A DNA stretch of 58,754 nt from an uncultured Candidatus Peribacteria bacterium (GTDB taxonomy: Bacteria > Patescibacteriota > Gracilibacteria > Peribacterales > Peribacteraceae). Positions 25,909 to 36,614 of the stretch are shown here, piece after piece (position 1 is the first letter of the stretch; the number at the start of each line of letters is the position of its first letter). The translations under genes and the position numbers were made by a program. The stretch covers positions 9,910 to 68,663 of the forward strand of contig CAYTEH010000004.1 of the NCBI GenBank assembly GCA_964436765.1. Reading direction: 5' to 3'. The notes beneath the pieces were generated by a model. The model searched no databases. It was given only the letters and a program-made list of their open reading frames with translations, and was not told the origin of the DNA.

Positions 25909-26183
25909 TCCTCACGGGAGGGCATCCGGATACGATCACGTGGAACAACAGTGACTTTTCCTCTGCCAGAAGAGACATCCGGACGTTCTGCCTCGATGTG
26001 GAACAGGCATGCTCGACAGGGCATGAACGGGGTGTACACTGGCCCCATTCCCCCATGCTTTTCCTCGCTTCTCTCCTCAGGCTTTTGACTCCCAGGCGCT
26101 TTGCATTCGCACGAATTTCCGTGCGACGGGCGCTGCGGTAACAGGAAAACGTGGGCGGTTCCCTTTTCCTGCCCCCATGATTT

Positions 26184-27740
26184 ATGGATTCCATCATCGT
26201 CTTGCTCGCACTGCTTGCGGGCACCGCACTCGGAGTGCTTTTAGGCTGGCTGTGGTTTTCGCAAGGTAAGAAGATTTCGGCTGCGATGCAGTCGCAGATC
26301 GAAGAGAAACAGCGCCAGGCCGCGAAGCTCGACGCCAAGTTAAACGAAGCCCGCGCGCAGATCCGCTCCGCCGAGTCGGAGGCGAAGGCCACTGCCAAGG
26401 AAATATTGAGCGAGGCCCGCATCCAGGCCAGCGAAATGGAGGCGAAACTGGAGAAGGAACAGGGCCGCGTGGAAGAGAAAGAGCGCAGCCTCGACGAGAA
26501 AGTGAAGGAAGTGGAACGCCAGCGCTCCGCTGCGCATCAGCTGCAGAAGGACCTGGAGGAAATGAAAACCGAACTCTCCGTCGCCAGCGCCAAGCACCGT
26601 GAAGCACTGGAAAAGGCTGCCAAGCTCACCGAGGACGAAGCGAAAAAGCAGCTGTGGACGGAAATTGAGAAGGAGTTCTCCTCGCACTTCGCCGCGCAGA
26701 TCAAGCTGAAGAAAGAAGAGATGGAGGGAGAAGCCGAGGAAAAAGCGAAGAATCTGATGGCAGAGGCCATGCAGCGCTATGCTTCGGAAGTGGCGAGCGA
26801 ATCCACCGCCACCGTGGTGCAGCTCCCGAGCGACGATATCAAGGGCAAGATCATCGGCAAGGAAGGCCGCAACATCATCGCGTTCGAATCCGCGACGGGC
26901 GTCGATGTGATCATCGACGACACCCCCGGCGCCATCGTGCTCTCGGGCTTCGATCTGGTGCGCCGCTACGTCGCCAAGCTCGCGATGGAGAAGCTCATCC
27001 AGGACGGACGCATCCAGCCGGCGAGAATCGAGGAAATCGTCGTGAAGGTGAAGGAGCAGGTGGGCAAGATGATGCTTGAGTTCGGCAAACGCGCGACCGA
27101 GGAGCTGGGCATCCAGGGCTACCCGCAGGACCTGCTCAAGATCATCGGCCGCCTGCGTTTCCGCACCAGCTACGGCCAGAACGTGCTGAAGCACTCCGTC
27201 GAAATGGCCCACCTCGGCCGCATGATGGCCGAGGAAATCGGCTGCGACGCGAGCATCGTGGTGGAAGGCTGCCTCCTGCACGATATCGGCAAGGCGCTGG
27301 ACCACGAGGTCACCGGCACGCACGTCGAGATCGGCGTGGAGATCTGCAAGCGCTTCAAGGTGCGCCCCGAGGTGATCCACTGCGTGGCAGCGCACCACGA
27401 AGACATCCCCATGGCCACGCCCGAAGCCTTCGTGGTGGCTGCTGCTGACGCCATCTCCGGCGCGCGGCCGGGTGCCCGCAGGGAATCGATCGAGGAATAC
27501 TTCAAGCGCCTCCGCGCTCTGGAAGACGTCGCCAAGGGGTTCGAGGGCGTGCAGCGTGCCTTCGCCATCTCGGCGGGCCGCGAAGTGCGCGTGTTCGTGG
27601 ATACCAAGCGCATCGACGACCTCACCCAGGAGAAACTCGCCAAAGACATCGCCAAGAAGATCGAGGGCGAGCTCACCTACCCCGGCGTGATCAAGGTGAA
27701 TGTCATTCGAGAACGTCGGATTGAAGAGTTAGCAAAATAG
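26184..27740 (+). CDS. rny: Ribonuclease Y
   Basis: N-terminal TM helix, then a coiled coil, a KH domain (IIGKEGRNIIAFESATGVDVIIDD) and an HD domain (LLHDIGKA...AAHHED). Confidence 0.93.
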   Translation: MDSIIVLLALLAGTALGVLLGWLWFSQGKKISAAMQSQIEEKQRQAAKLDAKLNEARAQIRSAESEAKATAKEILSEARIQASEMEAKLEKEQGRVEEKERSLDEKVKEVERQRSAAHQLQKDLEEMKTELSVASAKHREALEKAAKLTEDEAKKQLWTEIEKEFSSHFAAQIKLKKEEMEGEAEEKAKNLMAEAMQRYASEVASESTATVVQLPSDDIKGKIIGKEGRNIIAFESATGVDVIIDDTPGAIVLSGFDLVRRYVAKLAMEKLIQDGRIQPARIEEIVVKVKEQVGKMMLEFGKRATEELGIQGYPQDLLKIIGRLRFRTSYGQNVLKHSVEMAHLGRMMAEEIGCDASIVVEGCLLHDIGKALDHEVTGTHVEIGVEICKRFKVRPEVIHCVAAHHEDIPMATPEAFVVAAADAISGARPGARRESIEEYFKRLRALEDVAKGFEGVQRAFAISAGREVRVFVDTKRIDDLTQEKLAKDIAKKIEGELTYPGVIKVNVIRERRIEELAK

Positions 27741-27826
27741 GAGCCTGCCCTGAGCGAGCCCCGCACTTCGAACCGTGCGGGGCGAGTCGAAGGGAGGAAT
27801 TGGCAAAATAAATATTCGACGTTGTG

Positions 27827-27861
27827 CGCGTAGAGACGTCCCGGCGGGACGTCTCTACGCG
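27827..27861 (+). terminator. Perfect GTAGAGACG-type palindrome downstream of rny (hairpin, no U-tract)
   Basis: cgcgtagagacgtccc ggc gggacgtctctacgcg. The same arm core recurs at 35111-35145. Confidence 0.5.
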
Positions 27862-27945
27862 TTGCCCGTTTGTGTCCAAACGACGGAGTCCCGCGCTTGG
27901 CCAGTGACATTCGCGTGGTCATCCCGGAAAAAATACGATAGATTG

Positions 27946-28470
27946 ATGCTCATCCGTCAGATCTCCGCCACCATCGCGCTGTCGGCAATCATGCTGATCG
28001 GCCTCATCGGCTCGGCACACGCACTTACTCCGTACGATGTGTTCGGCGGGCAGGATTCGTCGGGTACCGGCGCGGGAGAGCCGCAGGGTGACATGCCCGC
28101 CGAGGGACAGCAAAAACCGTACACAGTGATCACAACCGAAGTCTCGCCCGGCTCATTTGAAGAAACCACGGTGTATGAGGAGTCGCCAGTGATGGAAGCG
28201 CGACCGGCGACAGTGCCCGCACAGAGCGGCACGTCTCAGTCCTCGGACAATACGACGGTACCGGCGTTGCCGGCAACCACAGAACAGCCGGTTGCGGGGA
28301 ACGCCTCAAGCGACGAATCAGCGTTGCAGGAACCTCTGCCGCAGCTGAGCGAATCGGCGCCCACGCCGATGCTCAACCTCGTTGCACAGATCGTCTCGAT
28401 CGTGGCGGTGACGGGCTTTGCCGGGGGCGTGTTCCTGACGCTCCGCAAGCCGCCGATGCCGGCGGCGTGA
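27946..28470 (+). CDS. Secreted/anchored Pro/Ser/Thr/Glu-rich protein, hypothetical
   Basis: The start at ATG 27946 gives MLIRQISATIALSAIMLIGLIGSAHA (signal-like). C-terminal TM plus basic tail is IVSIVAVTGFAGGVFLTLRK. Confidence 0.55.
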   Translation: MLIRQISATIALSAIMLIGLIGSAHALTPYDVFGGQDSSGTGAGEPQGDMPAEGQQKPYTVITTEVSPGSFEETTVYEESPVMEARPATVPAQSGTSQSSDNTTVPALPATTEQPVAGNASSDESALQEPLPQLSESAPTPMLNLVAQIVSIVAVTGFAGGVFLTLRKPPMPAA

Positions 28471-28511
28471 CGCAATAGAAAAAATATGCGCATGGGCGTA
28501 CAGTGGTCCCC

Positions 28512-30371
28512 ATGATCACGAACAGGCTCGCATCACTCGCTGTATTCATGGCCGCTGGGGTTTTCGCCGTAGGATACTGGGCCGGATGGTCACTGCAGGG
28601 CCAAACGACGAACGGCACCGCGCCCATCGTGATCAATGACGGCGGAGCGGGATACGCAACAACGGGAGCCTGGACGAGACTGACTGCGGGAAATTCCGGC
28701 AAGGGTTCGGCCTACATGGCCGGGTACTGGAACGACCTCTCGTATGTGAACCGCAGGACCGCGACCGCCCCGCAGGCGACCGCCAGCTGGACCTTCCAGA
28801 ACCTCCAGCCTGGCACCTACGAGGTGCAGGTGATTTGGCCGTACTTCGGCCCGAGCGTGCAGACAACCGCGTCCTCCTATGCCGTGAAGGCACAGCAAGA
28901 GCAGACCTTCCCCGTGAGCCAAAATCAGAACCTGAACGCGCTGCCGGCAAATAAGGTGGCCGCCGACGGGAGGTTCCGATGGCTGAAACTTGGCAGTTTC
29001 TCTCCGAAAAACGGCACGATCACGGTGACGCTCACGGCGGGCGTGGGACTCACGAGTGCAGATGCGGCACGATTGGTGCGCGCAGGCGATGCCACGCAGG
29101 GTACGTCGATGCCGACTGTGCCCCCACCGCCGACAACGCTTCCGCGGACACCGACGACCCCTCCGACGCAGAATCGCGTCTCCAGGCAGAACACTCCAGT
29201 ATCGTCCCGCGCCCCGGTTGCAGTTGCATCGGTGTTCCCCTCCTACCAGGACCAGTGCTCGCAGGGCGGACCGGGAAAGATGGGGCTCCTCATGAGCATG
29301 GACGGCCTGGTGCTCGGGTACACGGCCTTCGATGGCCCCAGCCAGAACGTGAACGCCACATCGAAGGTGTTTTTGTACGATGTTGGCACGAAGCAGATAC
29401 AGCAATTCGGTACACCGTCGGCATATAACATCCTCCAGGGCATGAGCCCGAACGGCCGCTTCATCCTGGTACGCGAAGGACCTGCCGGAAAAGTCTACGA
29501 CCGTATGGCCAACACATCGACGACGATCGAAAAGCCCGTGGGACTGGGTTCCATCACCGACGACGGGCGCTACGTGGCATACCAGGACCTGACCCAGTGG
29601 ATGACGAATAGCAGCAACCCACCTCGGGTCGCGCTCCTCGACCGCGAGACGAACACAACGAAGCAGGTGACATCGTCCAGCAACATCGGCGCGCGCCCCG
29701 CAGTGAGCGCCGACGGACGGTATGTCGCCTTCGCCCCGCTCCCGCCCCCGTCGCAATACCAGCCATCGACCATCCAGCTCTTCGATGCCAACACAAACCT
29801 GGTCACCGATACGAAGCGCTCCGTCGGCATCAATTACGGTCGCTCCGAGATCCGGTTCATGCCCACCGGGACACAACCGAACGTGCTTGGATATGCCGAA
29901 CCGGTGAGCGCCGATGGCAGGGTCCGCATCTATGCAATACCAAGCCCCGCAGCCGAGCCGCGCAAAGCGCTCTCCACGACCGTGGCCGGGTATGCATCGG
30001 TGGAATGGCGGCGCAGCTGGACCCATCAGTTCCTGGACCAGAGCATGCCGCAGTCGCCGGAGGGGCTGGCAGCCAAGTACACGTACGCCTATACCTACAT
30101 GGCACCGGGCACAAACACGGTGGACGGTTCCAGCTACGGCATCAACTACACTCCCCTGGAAACGGCACTGAGCGGCAACGGCCGCAAGGCGGCGTACGTC
30201 CTCGCCCGGGGCGACGTTCGCGAGGGTAACAAAGTGACCAACGTCTACTATTACGACCGCGACACGAAGACTCAGTCGCTGGTCGCGTCCGCCCCGGCAG
30301 GCTGCAAATTCGCGCCTGCACGACCGAGCCAGTGGTCTGCGGCGATGCTCGAGACGATCCTGCCGAAATAA
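28512..30371 (+). CDS. Secreted protein with an N-terminal beta-sandwich-like region and PD40/TolB-like beta-propeller repeats
   Basis: N-terminal anchor ITNRLASLAVFMAAGVFAVGYWAG. Recurrent motifs are SPNGRFILV, DDGRYVAYQD, SADGRYVAF, SADGRVRIY and SGNGRKAAYV. The antisense ORF 28590..30464 is Arg-rich junk. Confidence 0.6.
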   Translation: MITNRLASLAVFMAAGVFAVGYWAGWSLQGQTTNGTAPIVINDGGAGYATTGAWTRLTAGNSGKGSAYMAGYWNDLSYVNRRTATAPQATASWTFQNLQPGTYEVQVIWPYFGPSVQTTASSYAVKAQQEQTFPVSQNQNLNALPANKVAADGRFRWLKLGSFSPKNGTITVTLTAGVGLTSADAARLVRAGDATQGTSMPTVPPPPTTLPRTPTTPPTQNRVSRQNTPVSSRAPVAVASVFPSYQDQCSQGGPGKMGLLMSMDGLVLGYTAFDGPSQNVNATSKVFLYDVGTKQIQQFGTPSAYNILQGMSPNGRFILVREGPAGKVYDRMANTSTTIEKPVGLGSITDDGRYVAYQDLTQWMTNSSNPPRVALLDRETNTTKQVTSSSNIGARPAVSADGRYVAFAPLPPPSQYQPSTIQLFDANTNLVTDTKRSVGINYGRSEIRFMPTGTQPNVLGYAEPVSADGRVRIYAIPSPAAEPRKALSTTVAGYASVEWRRSWTHQFLDQSMPQSPEGLAAKYTYAYTYMAPGTNTVDGSSYGINYTPLETALSGNGRKAAYVLARGDVREGNKVTNVYYYDRDTKTQSLVASAPAGCKFAPARPSQWSAAMLETILPK

Positions 30372-30477
30372 GCGACATTTTTCTGGCCAGAGGCATGAAA
30401 GACCATGCGCAGTCGAGGTGTCATCGGCGTCAACTGACCCGGTGACAACGAAGAAGAGGCGCACGCCGCTCCTCTTT

Positions 30478-31566
30478 TTATTTCTTCAGGGCATATCGAG
30501 TCCCCTCCCTGGCAACGAGGGAATCTTGAACAAGTTTATTGATCAGTTTTTGAAGCCATGGCTTGTGCTCTTTTGACCAATCGATCGCCACTTCTTTTCC
30601 AATGGTTTCCAGTGCCAGGCCCTTCGGCGCATCGCGCAACGCCTCGACCACTCGCCCGCGAAAGATGCGGTTTGGGACGAAGGTCGAGCCGACGTAGCGA
30701 CCAGGTTCCAATCTCTTCTGACTGGAGACCGAGACGCGCGCGCCGCGCGTCTTTACAAACATCTCACGCGTCGTCTTGCAGATACCTCTTGCAGTGAGCG
30801 GGCAGATGTCCCATTTGGGATTATTTTTCGTCTGCACGAGCGAACCGTAATCCATCAACGCCGCGTGCCAGTCGGCTGTGCTCGTGGAAGAAAAACCTAA
30901 CGGTTTTCCTTCCACGGACCATCCTTTCCCTTTGTGGAGCCCTGCAGTCGCGGGACCCACGAGACCCGCGCTTTCGGACAATTGTTTCATTTGCATGTCA
31001 TATCCCATGACAACAGACAAAATTTCTCCGGCCAAATCCAATAAATACTGATCATCTTTTTTCCAAGATCCATCCGCGTTCTCAGGTCCGACGAATGTAC
31101 GATGCAGAATCCTCCGGATGTTCGTATCGATACACGGGGTTGGGATATTGAATGCGAAGTTGCGGACGGCTCCCGCAGTGTAATGGCCGATGCCTTTGAT
31201 GCTGAGCAGCTGATCGAAATCGCTCGGGAACACGCCGCCGAATTCATCGATGATGACGCGCGCCGCGTCCCGCAACCTCAGAGCCCTGCTGTTATACCCC
31301 ATCCCCCGCCACGCGATGAGGATTTGCGCATTGGATGCCGCCGCCAAAGACTCGAGAGTCGGGAAGGTACGGAGGAAGTTCTTGAACGTGATGATGACGC
31401 GCGGCACCTGCGTCTGCTGCAGCATGATCTCGGAGACGAGCACCATGTATGCGCGCTGCGTGTCGTCGGAAACGTCGAGGTCGCGCCACGGGAGCTCACG
31501 CTTGTGACGTACATACCAGGATCGGATTTCTTGCACGAAGAGCCGGATACGTTCGTCACGTCGCAT
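30478..31566 (-). CDS. mutY: HhH-GPD DNA glycosylase, MutY-like, with a degenerate Fe-S cluster motif
   Basis: WYVRHKRELPWR, SEIMLQQTQV, GMGYNSRA, IKGIGHYTAGAV and CIDTNIRR are the MutY/EndoIII core. The start is placed at ATG 31566, which has TAGAAT 8 nt upstream. Confidence 0.75.
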   Translation of the reverse strand: MRRDERIRLFVQEIRSWYVRHKRELPWRDLDVSDDTQRAYMVLVSEIMLQQTQVPRVIITFKNFLRTFPTLESLAAASNAQILIAWRGMGYNSRALRLRDAARVIIDEFGGVFPSDFDQLLSIKGIGHYTAGAVRNFAFNIPTPCIDTNIRRILHRTFVGPENADGSWKKDDQYLLDLAGEILSVVMGYDMQMKQLSESAGLVGPATAGLHKGKGWSVEGKPLGFSSTSTADWHAALMDYGSLVQTKNNPKWDICPLTARGICKTTREMFVKTRGARVSVSSQKRLEPGRYVGSTFVPNRIFRGRVVEALRDAPKGLALETIGKEVAIDWSKEHKPWLQKLINKLVQDSLVAREGTRYALKK

Positions 31567-31661
31567 GCACACCTATTCTAGATCACGACACAAAAAACCA
31601 GGAATTTGGCTGCTGACACTGGGATTTCCTTCATGGGAAGGACTATGATCTTCGCTCATCC

Positions 31662-33428
31662 ATGAAAGCATTTATCGCCCTCCTCTCGGCTTCGTGGCGG
31701 TACGCCAAAGGCAGGCGCCTGCTCGTCGTGCTGTACGTGTTCATGTTCATCTGCGCGAACGTCGTGCTGCTGCTGGAACCCATCGCCATCGCGTACCTGC
31801 TCAACATCATTCAGACGATGACGACGCAGAGCGACCCGCTCGGGAAGATGATGACAGCCTTCGCCTACATGGTGCTGATCCAGGTCGGGTTCTGGGCTTT
31901 CCACGGTCCGGCGAGGCTTCTGGAAAATAACACGGCGTTCCACGCGCGCCTCATGTTCAAGCATCACCTCTTCCGCATCGTGACATCGCTCCCGGTGCAG
32001 TGGCACAAGGACAATCACTCGGGGCAAAGCATCAACAAGATCGCGAAGGCGACCAACGGACTCTATGGGTTCATCAGTAATGGCTGGCAGTTCATCGAGA
32101 TGATCATCCGACTCGTGGGCGCGGTGATCGCGCTCTTTCTCATCCTCCCCGCCGCGGCGGCGATCGCGGTGGCGGTGAGCGCCGTGGCGCTGATCGTGGT
32201 GTTCGTCTTCGACGCGTTCCTGCTGAAGCAGTACGAAGCCATCAACGAGCAGGACCACTTTGTGGCCTCGGCGCTGCACGATTACGTCACCAACATCATC
32301 ACGGTCATCACGCTCCGGCTGGAGACGCTCACCCAGAACGAGCTGATCAAGCGCATGACGCACTACTTCCCCCTCTATAAGAGGAACAACATGGTCAACG
32401 AGTCCAAGTGGTTTCTGACGACGGTGATCGTGTCGCTCATGACGGTGATCGTCCTCGCTTGGTATTCGTACACGACCCTCAGGGCCGGCCAGGCGATCGT
32501 CGCGGGAACGTTCTTCATGCTCTACGACTACCTGCAGAAGATCGGCAACTCCTTCTATACATTCGCGTGGAAGTACAGCGGCACCATCGAGCAGTACGCC
32601 GACCTGCGGGCCGCCGACGGCATCCTCAAAGCCGACCGGAGCGAGCAGAACGCCAGCCTCTGTCTGCCGACGCACTGGAAGAAGGTGCAGATCACCGGCC
32701 TGAAGTTCTCGTACGAAGACGCCGAGAAGAAGCGCCATCATTTGAAAGACATTTTTCTGACACTGGAAAGGGGGAAGAAAATCGCGCTGGTAGGCGAGAG
32801 CGGCAGCGGCAAGAGCACGCTCATGAGCCTCATCCGCGGCCTGCACATGACGGATGACGTCACCGTGACTGCGGACGGGAAGAAACTGAAGAAAGGCCTC
32901 CGGTGCATCGGCGCGCATGTCACGCTGATCCCCCAGGAACCCGAAATCTTCGCCAACACCATCGAGTACAACATCACGGTGGATACCGAGCAATCGAAGA
33001 AGGACGTGCTGCACTACGTCGAGCTCGCCCGGTTCACGAACGTGCTGAACCGCCTTCCGAAGGGCCTGAAGACGGACATCGCGGAGAAAGGCGTGAACCT
33101 GAGCGGCGGCGAGAAGCAGCGCCTGGCGCTTGCCCGCGGCATCTTCGCTGCGGAAGAGAGCGACATCATCCTGCTCGACGAGCCCACCAGCTCGGTGGAT
33201 TCCAAAAACGAACTCGAGATCCACAAGAACATCTTCGGGTACTTCAACGACCGTTGCGTGATCTCCTCCATCCACCGCCTGCATCTTCTTCCTTTATTCG
33301 ATGAAGTCTATGTTCTGGAGAAAGGAGAGGTGATCGAGCACGGAACGCCGGAGGAACTGATGAATGGAAGCGGGCACCTGAGCAAACTGTGGAAGACCTA
33401 TAATGAGAGCAGGAAGCGGACATCATAA
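31662..33428 (+). CDS. ABC transporter, fused permease/ATPase (MsbA/MdlB-type exporter)
   Basis: Six-TM N-terminal half. Walker A is GESGSGKST, the ABC signature is LSGGEKQRLALAR, and Walker B is ILLDEPTS. Confidence 0.9.
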   Translation: MKAFIALLSASWRYAKGRRLLVVLYVFMFICANVVLLLEPIAIAYLLNIIQTMTTQSDPLGKMMTAFAYMVLIQVGFWAFHGPARLLENNTAFHARLMFKHHLFRIVTSLPVQWHKDNHSGQSINKIAKATNGLYGFISNGWQFIEMIIRLVGAVIALFLILPAAAAIAVAVSAVALIVVFVFDAFLLKQYEAINEQDHFVASALHDYVTNIITVITLRLETLTQNELIKRMTHYFPLYKRNNMVNESKWFLTTVIVSLMTVIVLAWYSYTTLRAGQAIVAGTFFMLYDYLQKIGNSFYTFAWKYSGTIEQYADLRAADGILKADRSEQNASLCLPTHWKKVQITGLKFSYEDAEKKRHHLKDIFLTLERGKKIALVGESGSGKSTLMSLIRGLHMTDDVTVTADGKKLKKGLRCIGAHVTLIPQEPEIFANTIEYNITVDTEQSKKDVLHYVELARFTNVLNRLPKGLKTDIAEKGVNLSGGEKQRLALARGIFAAEESDIILLDEPTSSVDSKNELEIHKNIFGYFNDRCVISSIHRLHLLPLFDEVYVLEKGEVIEHGTPEELMNGSGHLSKLWKTYNESRKRTS

Positions 33429-33433
33429 AAGAA

Positions 33434-33460
33434 GCCCCGTCCTGGACGGGGCGTTTCGTT
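33434..33460 (+). terminator. Intrinsic terminator after the ABC transporter gene
   Basis: gccccgtc ctg gacggggc followed by gtttcgttgtt. Confidence 0.65.
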
Positions 33461-33607
33461 GTTCCAAAGGCGTCAGTCGCCTTTCATTCTCTCAATGGCC
33501 AGCGCGGCCTCCCCAAAGAGGCCAAAGCAGAGCAGAGCCACCATGCAAGCCGGCAGGAGGCCCGGCGCCAGCACCAGATGCCGGACCTTCAGGTCACGGG
33601 TGAACTT

Positions 33608-33706
33608 CTAGGCCCAGAGGGCCACGCCCACGTGCCATATGAGGGCGAGGATGCCAACGAACATCAGCGTCCTCGGCCAATCGATCGACTCGAACCATTC
33701 AGACAT
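33608..33706 (-). CDS. Small membrane peptide (32 aa to the first stop); the frame stays open and hydrophobic for 44 more codons after an in-frame TAG
   Basis: AAGGAG lies 6 nt upstream of ATG 33706, the only strong SD I saw in this window. Product is MSEWFESIDWPRTLMFVGILALIWHVGVALWA. Too short for the ORF track. Confidence 0.45.
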   Translation of the reverse strand: MSEWFESIDWPRTLMFVGILALIWHVGVALWA

Positions 33707-33825
33707 CGGACTCTCCTTATTATTAGAAGGAACAAACGGTTACCCCACGCCTACGCGGCACAGGGACCGGGCGACTATAGGGGTTCGTATGCGGCAAATC
33801 GATGCTGTTTTTGCTCCACTTGGTG

Positions 33826-33855
33826 TTGACTCGGCCAAGGAACATTCTCTAGACT
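33826..33855 (+). promoter_or_regulatory. Candidate sigma70-like promoter of tuf
   Basis: TTGACT(33826)-18 nt-TAGACT(33850), about 65 nt upstream of the tuf ATG. Confidence 0.45.
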
Positions 33856-33921
33856 CTCCGGGCTCTCAGAAGCTATTATTCACGGGAGTTTCTTTTTTCT
33901 CCCCCTTTACCCTCCTTTCGT

Positions 33922-35103
<1,182 letters not shown>

Positions 35104-35110
35104 TCCCCGT

Positions 35111-35145
35111 CCCGTAGAGACGCGCCTCCGGCGCGTCTCTACGGG
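35111..35145 (+). terminator. GTAGAGACG-type 16-bp palindrome downstream of tuf
   Basis: cccgtagagacgcgcc tcc ggcgcgtctctacggg. Confidence 0.5.
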
Positions 35146-35189
35146 GTCCGGTTGATCATCACCTCCTCTGCTCTTTCACCCCCAGCCCC

Positions 35190-35624
35190 ATGACGCCTAC
35201 CGCCAAGAAACCGTCCGTTACAAAGAAGGCCCCCGCCAAGAAGGCGACGGCCAAAGGTTCCGCCGCGAAGGCGTCCGCCGACGATAAAGCGGTCGCACAC
35301 AAAAAAGAGGAGAAGTCCGAACCCCGCATCAGGATCCGCCTGAGCGCCTTTGACCATACGGTTCTCGACGAAGCCGCGCAGAAGATCGTGGAGACGGCCG
35401 AGCGCAGCGGCGCAGTGGTCCACGGCCCGATCCCCCTCCCCACGAAGATCCGCAAATTCACGGTGAACCGCTCGACCTTCGTGCACAAAGACGCGCGCGA
35501 CCAGTTCGAGATGCGCACGCACCGCCGCTTGATCGACCTCACCGAGACGACCTTCAAGACGGTCGAGAGCCTCCAGGGCCTCTCGCTCGCCTCCGGCGTG
35601 GAGATCGAGATCAAGATGAGCTAA
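35190..35624 (+). CDS. rpsJ: 30S ribosomal protein S10 with an N-terminal Lys/Ala-rich extension of about 45 aa
   Basis: The core [19 protein letters not shown]...[19 protein letters not shown] is canonical uS10. It is preceded by [42 protein letters not shown], which has no internal Met. Confidence 0.9.
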   Translation: MTPTAKKPSVTKKAPAKKATAKGSAAKASADDKAVAHKKEEKSEPRIRIRLSAFDHTVLDEAAQKIVETAERSGAVVHGPIPLPTKIRKFTVNRSTFVHKDARDQFEMRTHRRLIDLTETTFKTVESLQGLSLASGVEIEIKMS

Positions 35625-35836
35625 ATTTCGTGGAAGAGAAACCTACGGCTCCCAGCGACAAGCTCTTGAGCGAAGCGAGAGGCTTGACGCGCAGTCCCTT
35701 CAGGGATTTCCCTCCCACGGACCCTCCTTTCCCTAAGAGGTATGCCTCCAGGCAGGCCCTTCGTCAGGCTCAGGGTAAACTCGCCTGCCTTCGGCATCGT
35801 TGTTTAATACTATGGAATTTGTGCTATCATGCACGC

Positions 35837-36208
35837 ATGACAGAACCAGTCGAACTCCCCAAAAAGACTGCACGCAAAGCTCCTGGCGAGGTAAAGGATG
35901 AACGAGGAAAGAGCCGCAACGAGGATGTAAATTACGATTTCAACGACGAGAAGCGCGGCCTCGCATCCAACGTCGAAAAGGGTCAGACGCGCGATTCGCT
36001 GGCGGCTCATGCGGAAGAAGTGGAAGCGAGAAAACTGGAAGCAGATTTTGAGAGAACGATCAAAAAGGAGCTGAAGAAGCCAGGCCAGACACCCAAAACG
36101 GTCTTTGAGGGGCTCCGGCGCGAAATCGGGACCGTGCCGGACTCTGACAGCGCCCTGAAGATCCTCGCGAAACTCGAAGGGAAGTATCTGGATCAGAACA
36201 AGGCCTGA
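35837..36208 (+). CDS. Charged hypothetical protein (123 aa)
   Basis: ATG 35837 has TATCAT 6 nt upstream. The part of track ORF 35630.. upstream of it reads through REP-like sequence (..RQALRQAQGKL..). Confidence 0.5.
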   Translation: MTEPVELPKKTARKAPGEVKDERGKSRNEDVNYDFNDEKRGLASNVEKGQTRDSLAAHAEEVEARKLEADFERTIKKELKKPGQTPKTVFEGLRREIGTVPDSDSALKILAKLEGKYLDQNKA

Positions 36209-36211
36209 GGG

Positions 36212-36613
36212 TCACTTACACCGTCGTAAGTCAAACCACAGGAACGGGGCCGGTTTTGCGAAGACGTGCTTCGTCGTCTTGGGCGGGTACGGCGTGCCCG
36301 AGAGGCCTGTCTCGATCACCGATTGCTTCGTGACGGGAATATCGGGCCGGCGGGGCAGGACGGAGATGCTCCGGTCCGCGAGGTAATCGACCTCAAAACA
36401 CGGCACACGCGTACAACCGAGCTCACGAAAGACGGAGTAGCGGTGATGCCCGTCAAGGATCACCTTCGAATGACGATCTATCCAGATGGGCTGGAGCCGG
36501 ATCCGGTCGCGGCGGAGGCGCGATGCGAACCGCGCGAACGCGGCGAATTTCTTCTCCTTGATCTCCTCGTGCGGCTTCAGTTCGCCGATGGGTACGTAGG
36601 TGACGGCCGGCAT
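36212..36613 (-). CDS. ParB-like nuclease (ParB/Srx fold) domain protein
   Basis: VPIGELKPHEE...VILDGHHR matches the ParB N-terminal domain motif. The start is placed at ATG 36613, directly after the rnc stop. Confidence 0.6.
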   Translation of the reverse strand: MPAVTYVPIGELKPHEEIKEKKFAAFARFASRLRRDRIRLQPIWIDRHSKVILDGHHRYSVFRELGCTRVPCFEVDYLADRSISVLPRRPDIPVTKQSVIETGLSGTPYPPKTTKHVFAKPAPFLWFDLRRCK

Positions 36614-36614
36614 A

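Noticed and set aside
25712-26422. 236-aa minus-strand ORF spanning the divergent region between the nuclease gene and rny
   Set aside because: It overlaps the rny N-terminus antisense and the nuclease signal-peptide region. It has Arg/Ser/Ala-rich composition and no support.
28590-30464. 624-aa minus-strand ORF
   Set aside because: Extremely Arg/Gly/His-rich antisense shadow of the beta-propeller protein gene, which has a signal anchor and repeated PD40-like motifs.
31656-33284. 542-aa minus-strand ORF
   Set aside because: Antisense to the ABC transporter, which has unmistakable Walker A, signature and Walker B motifs.
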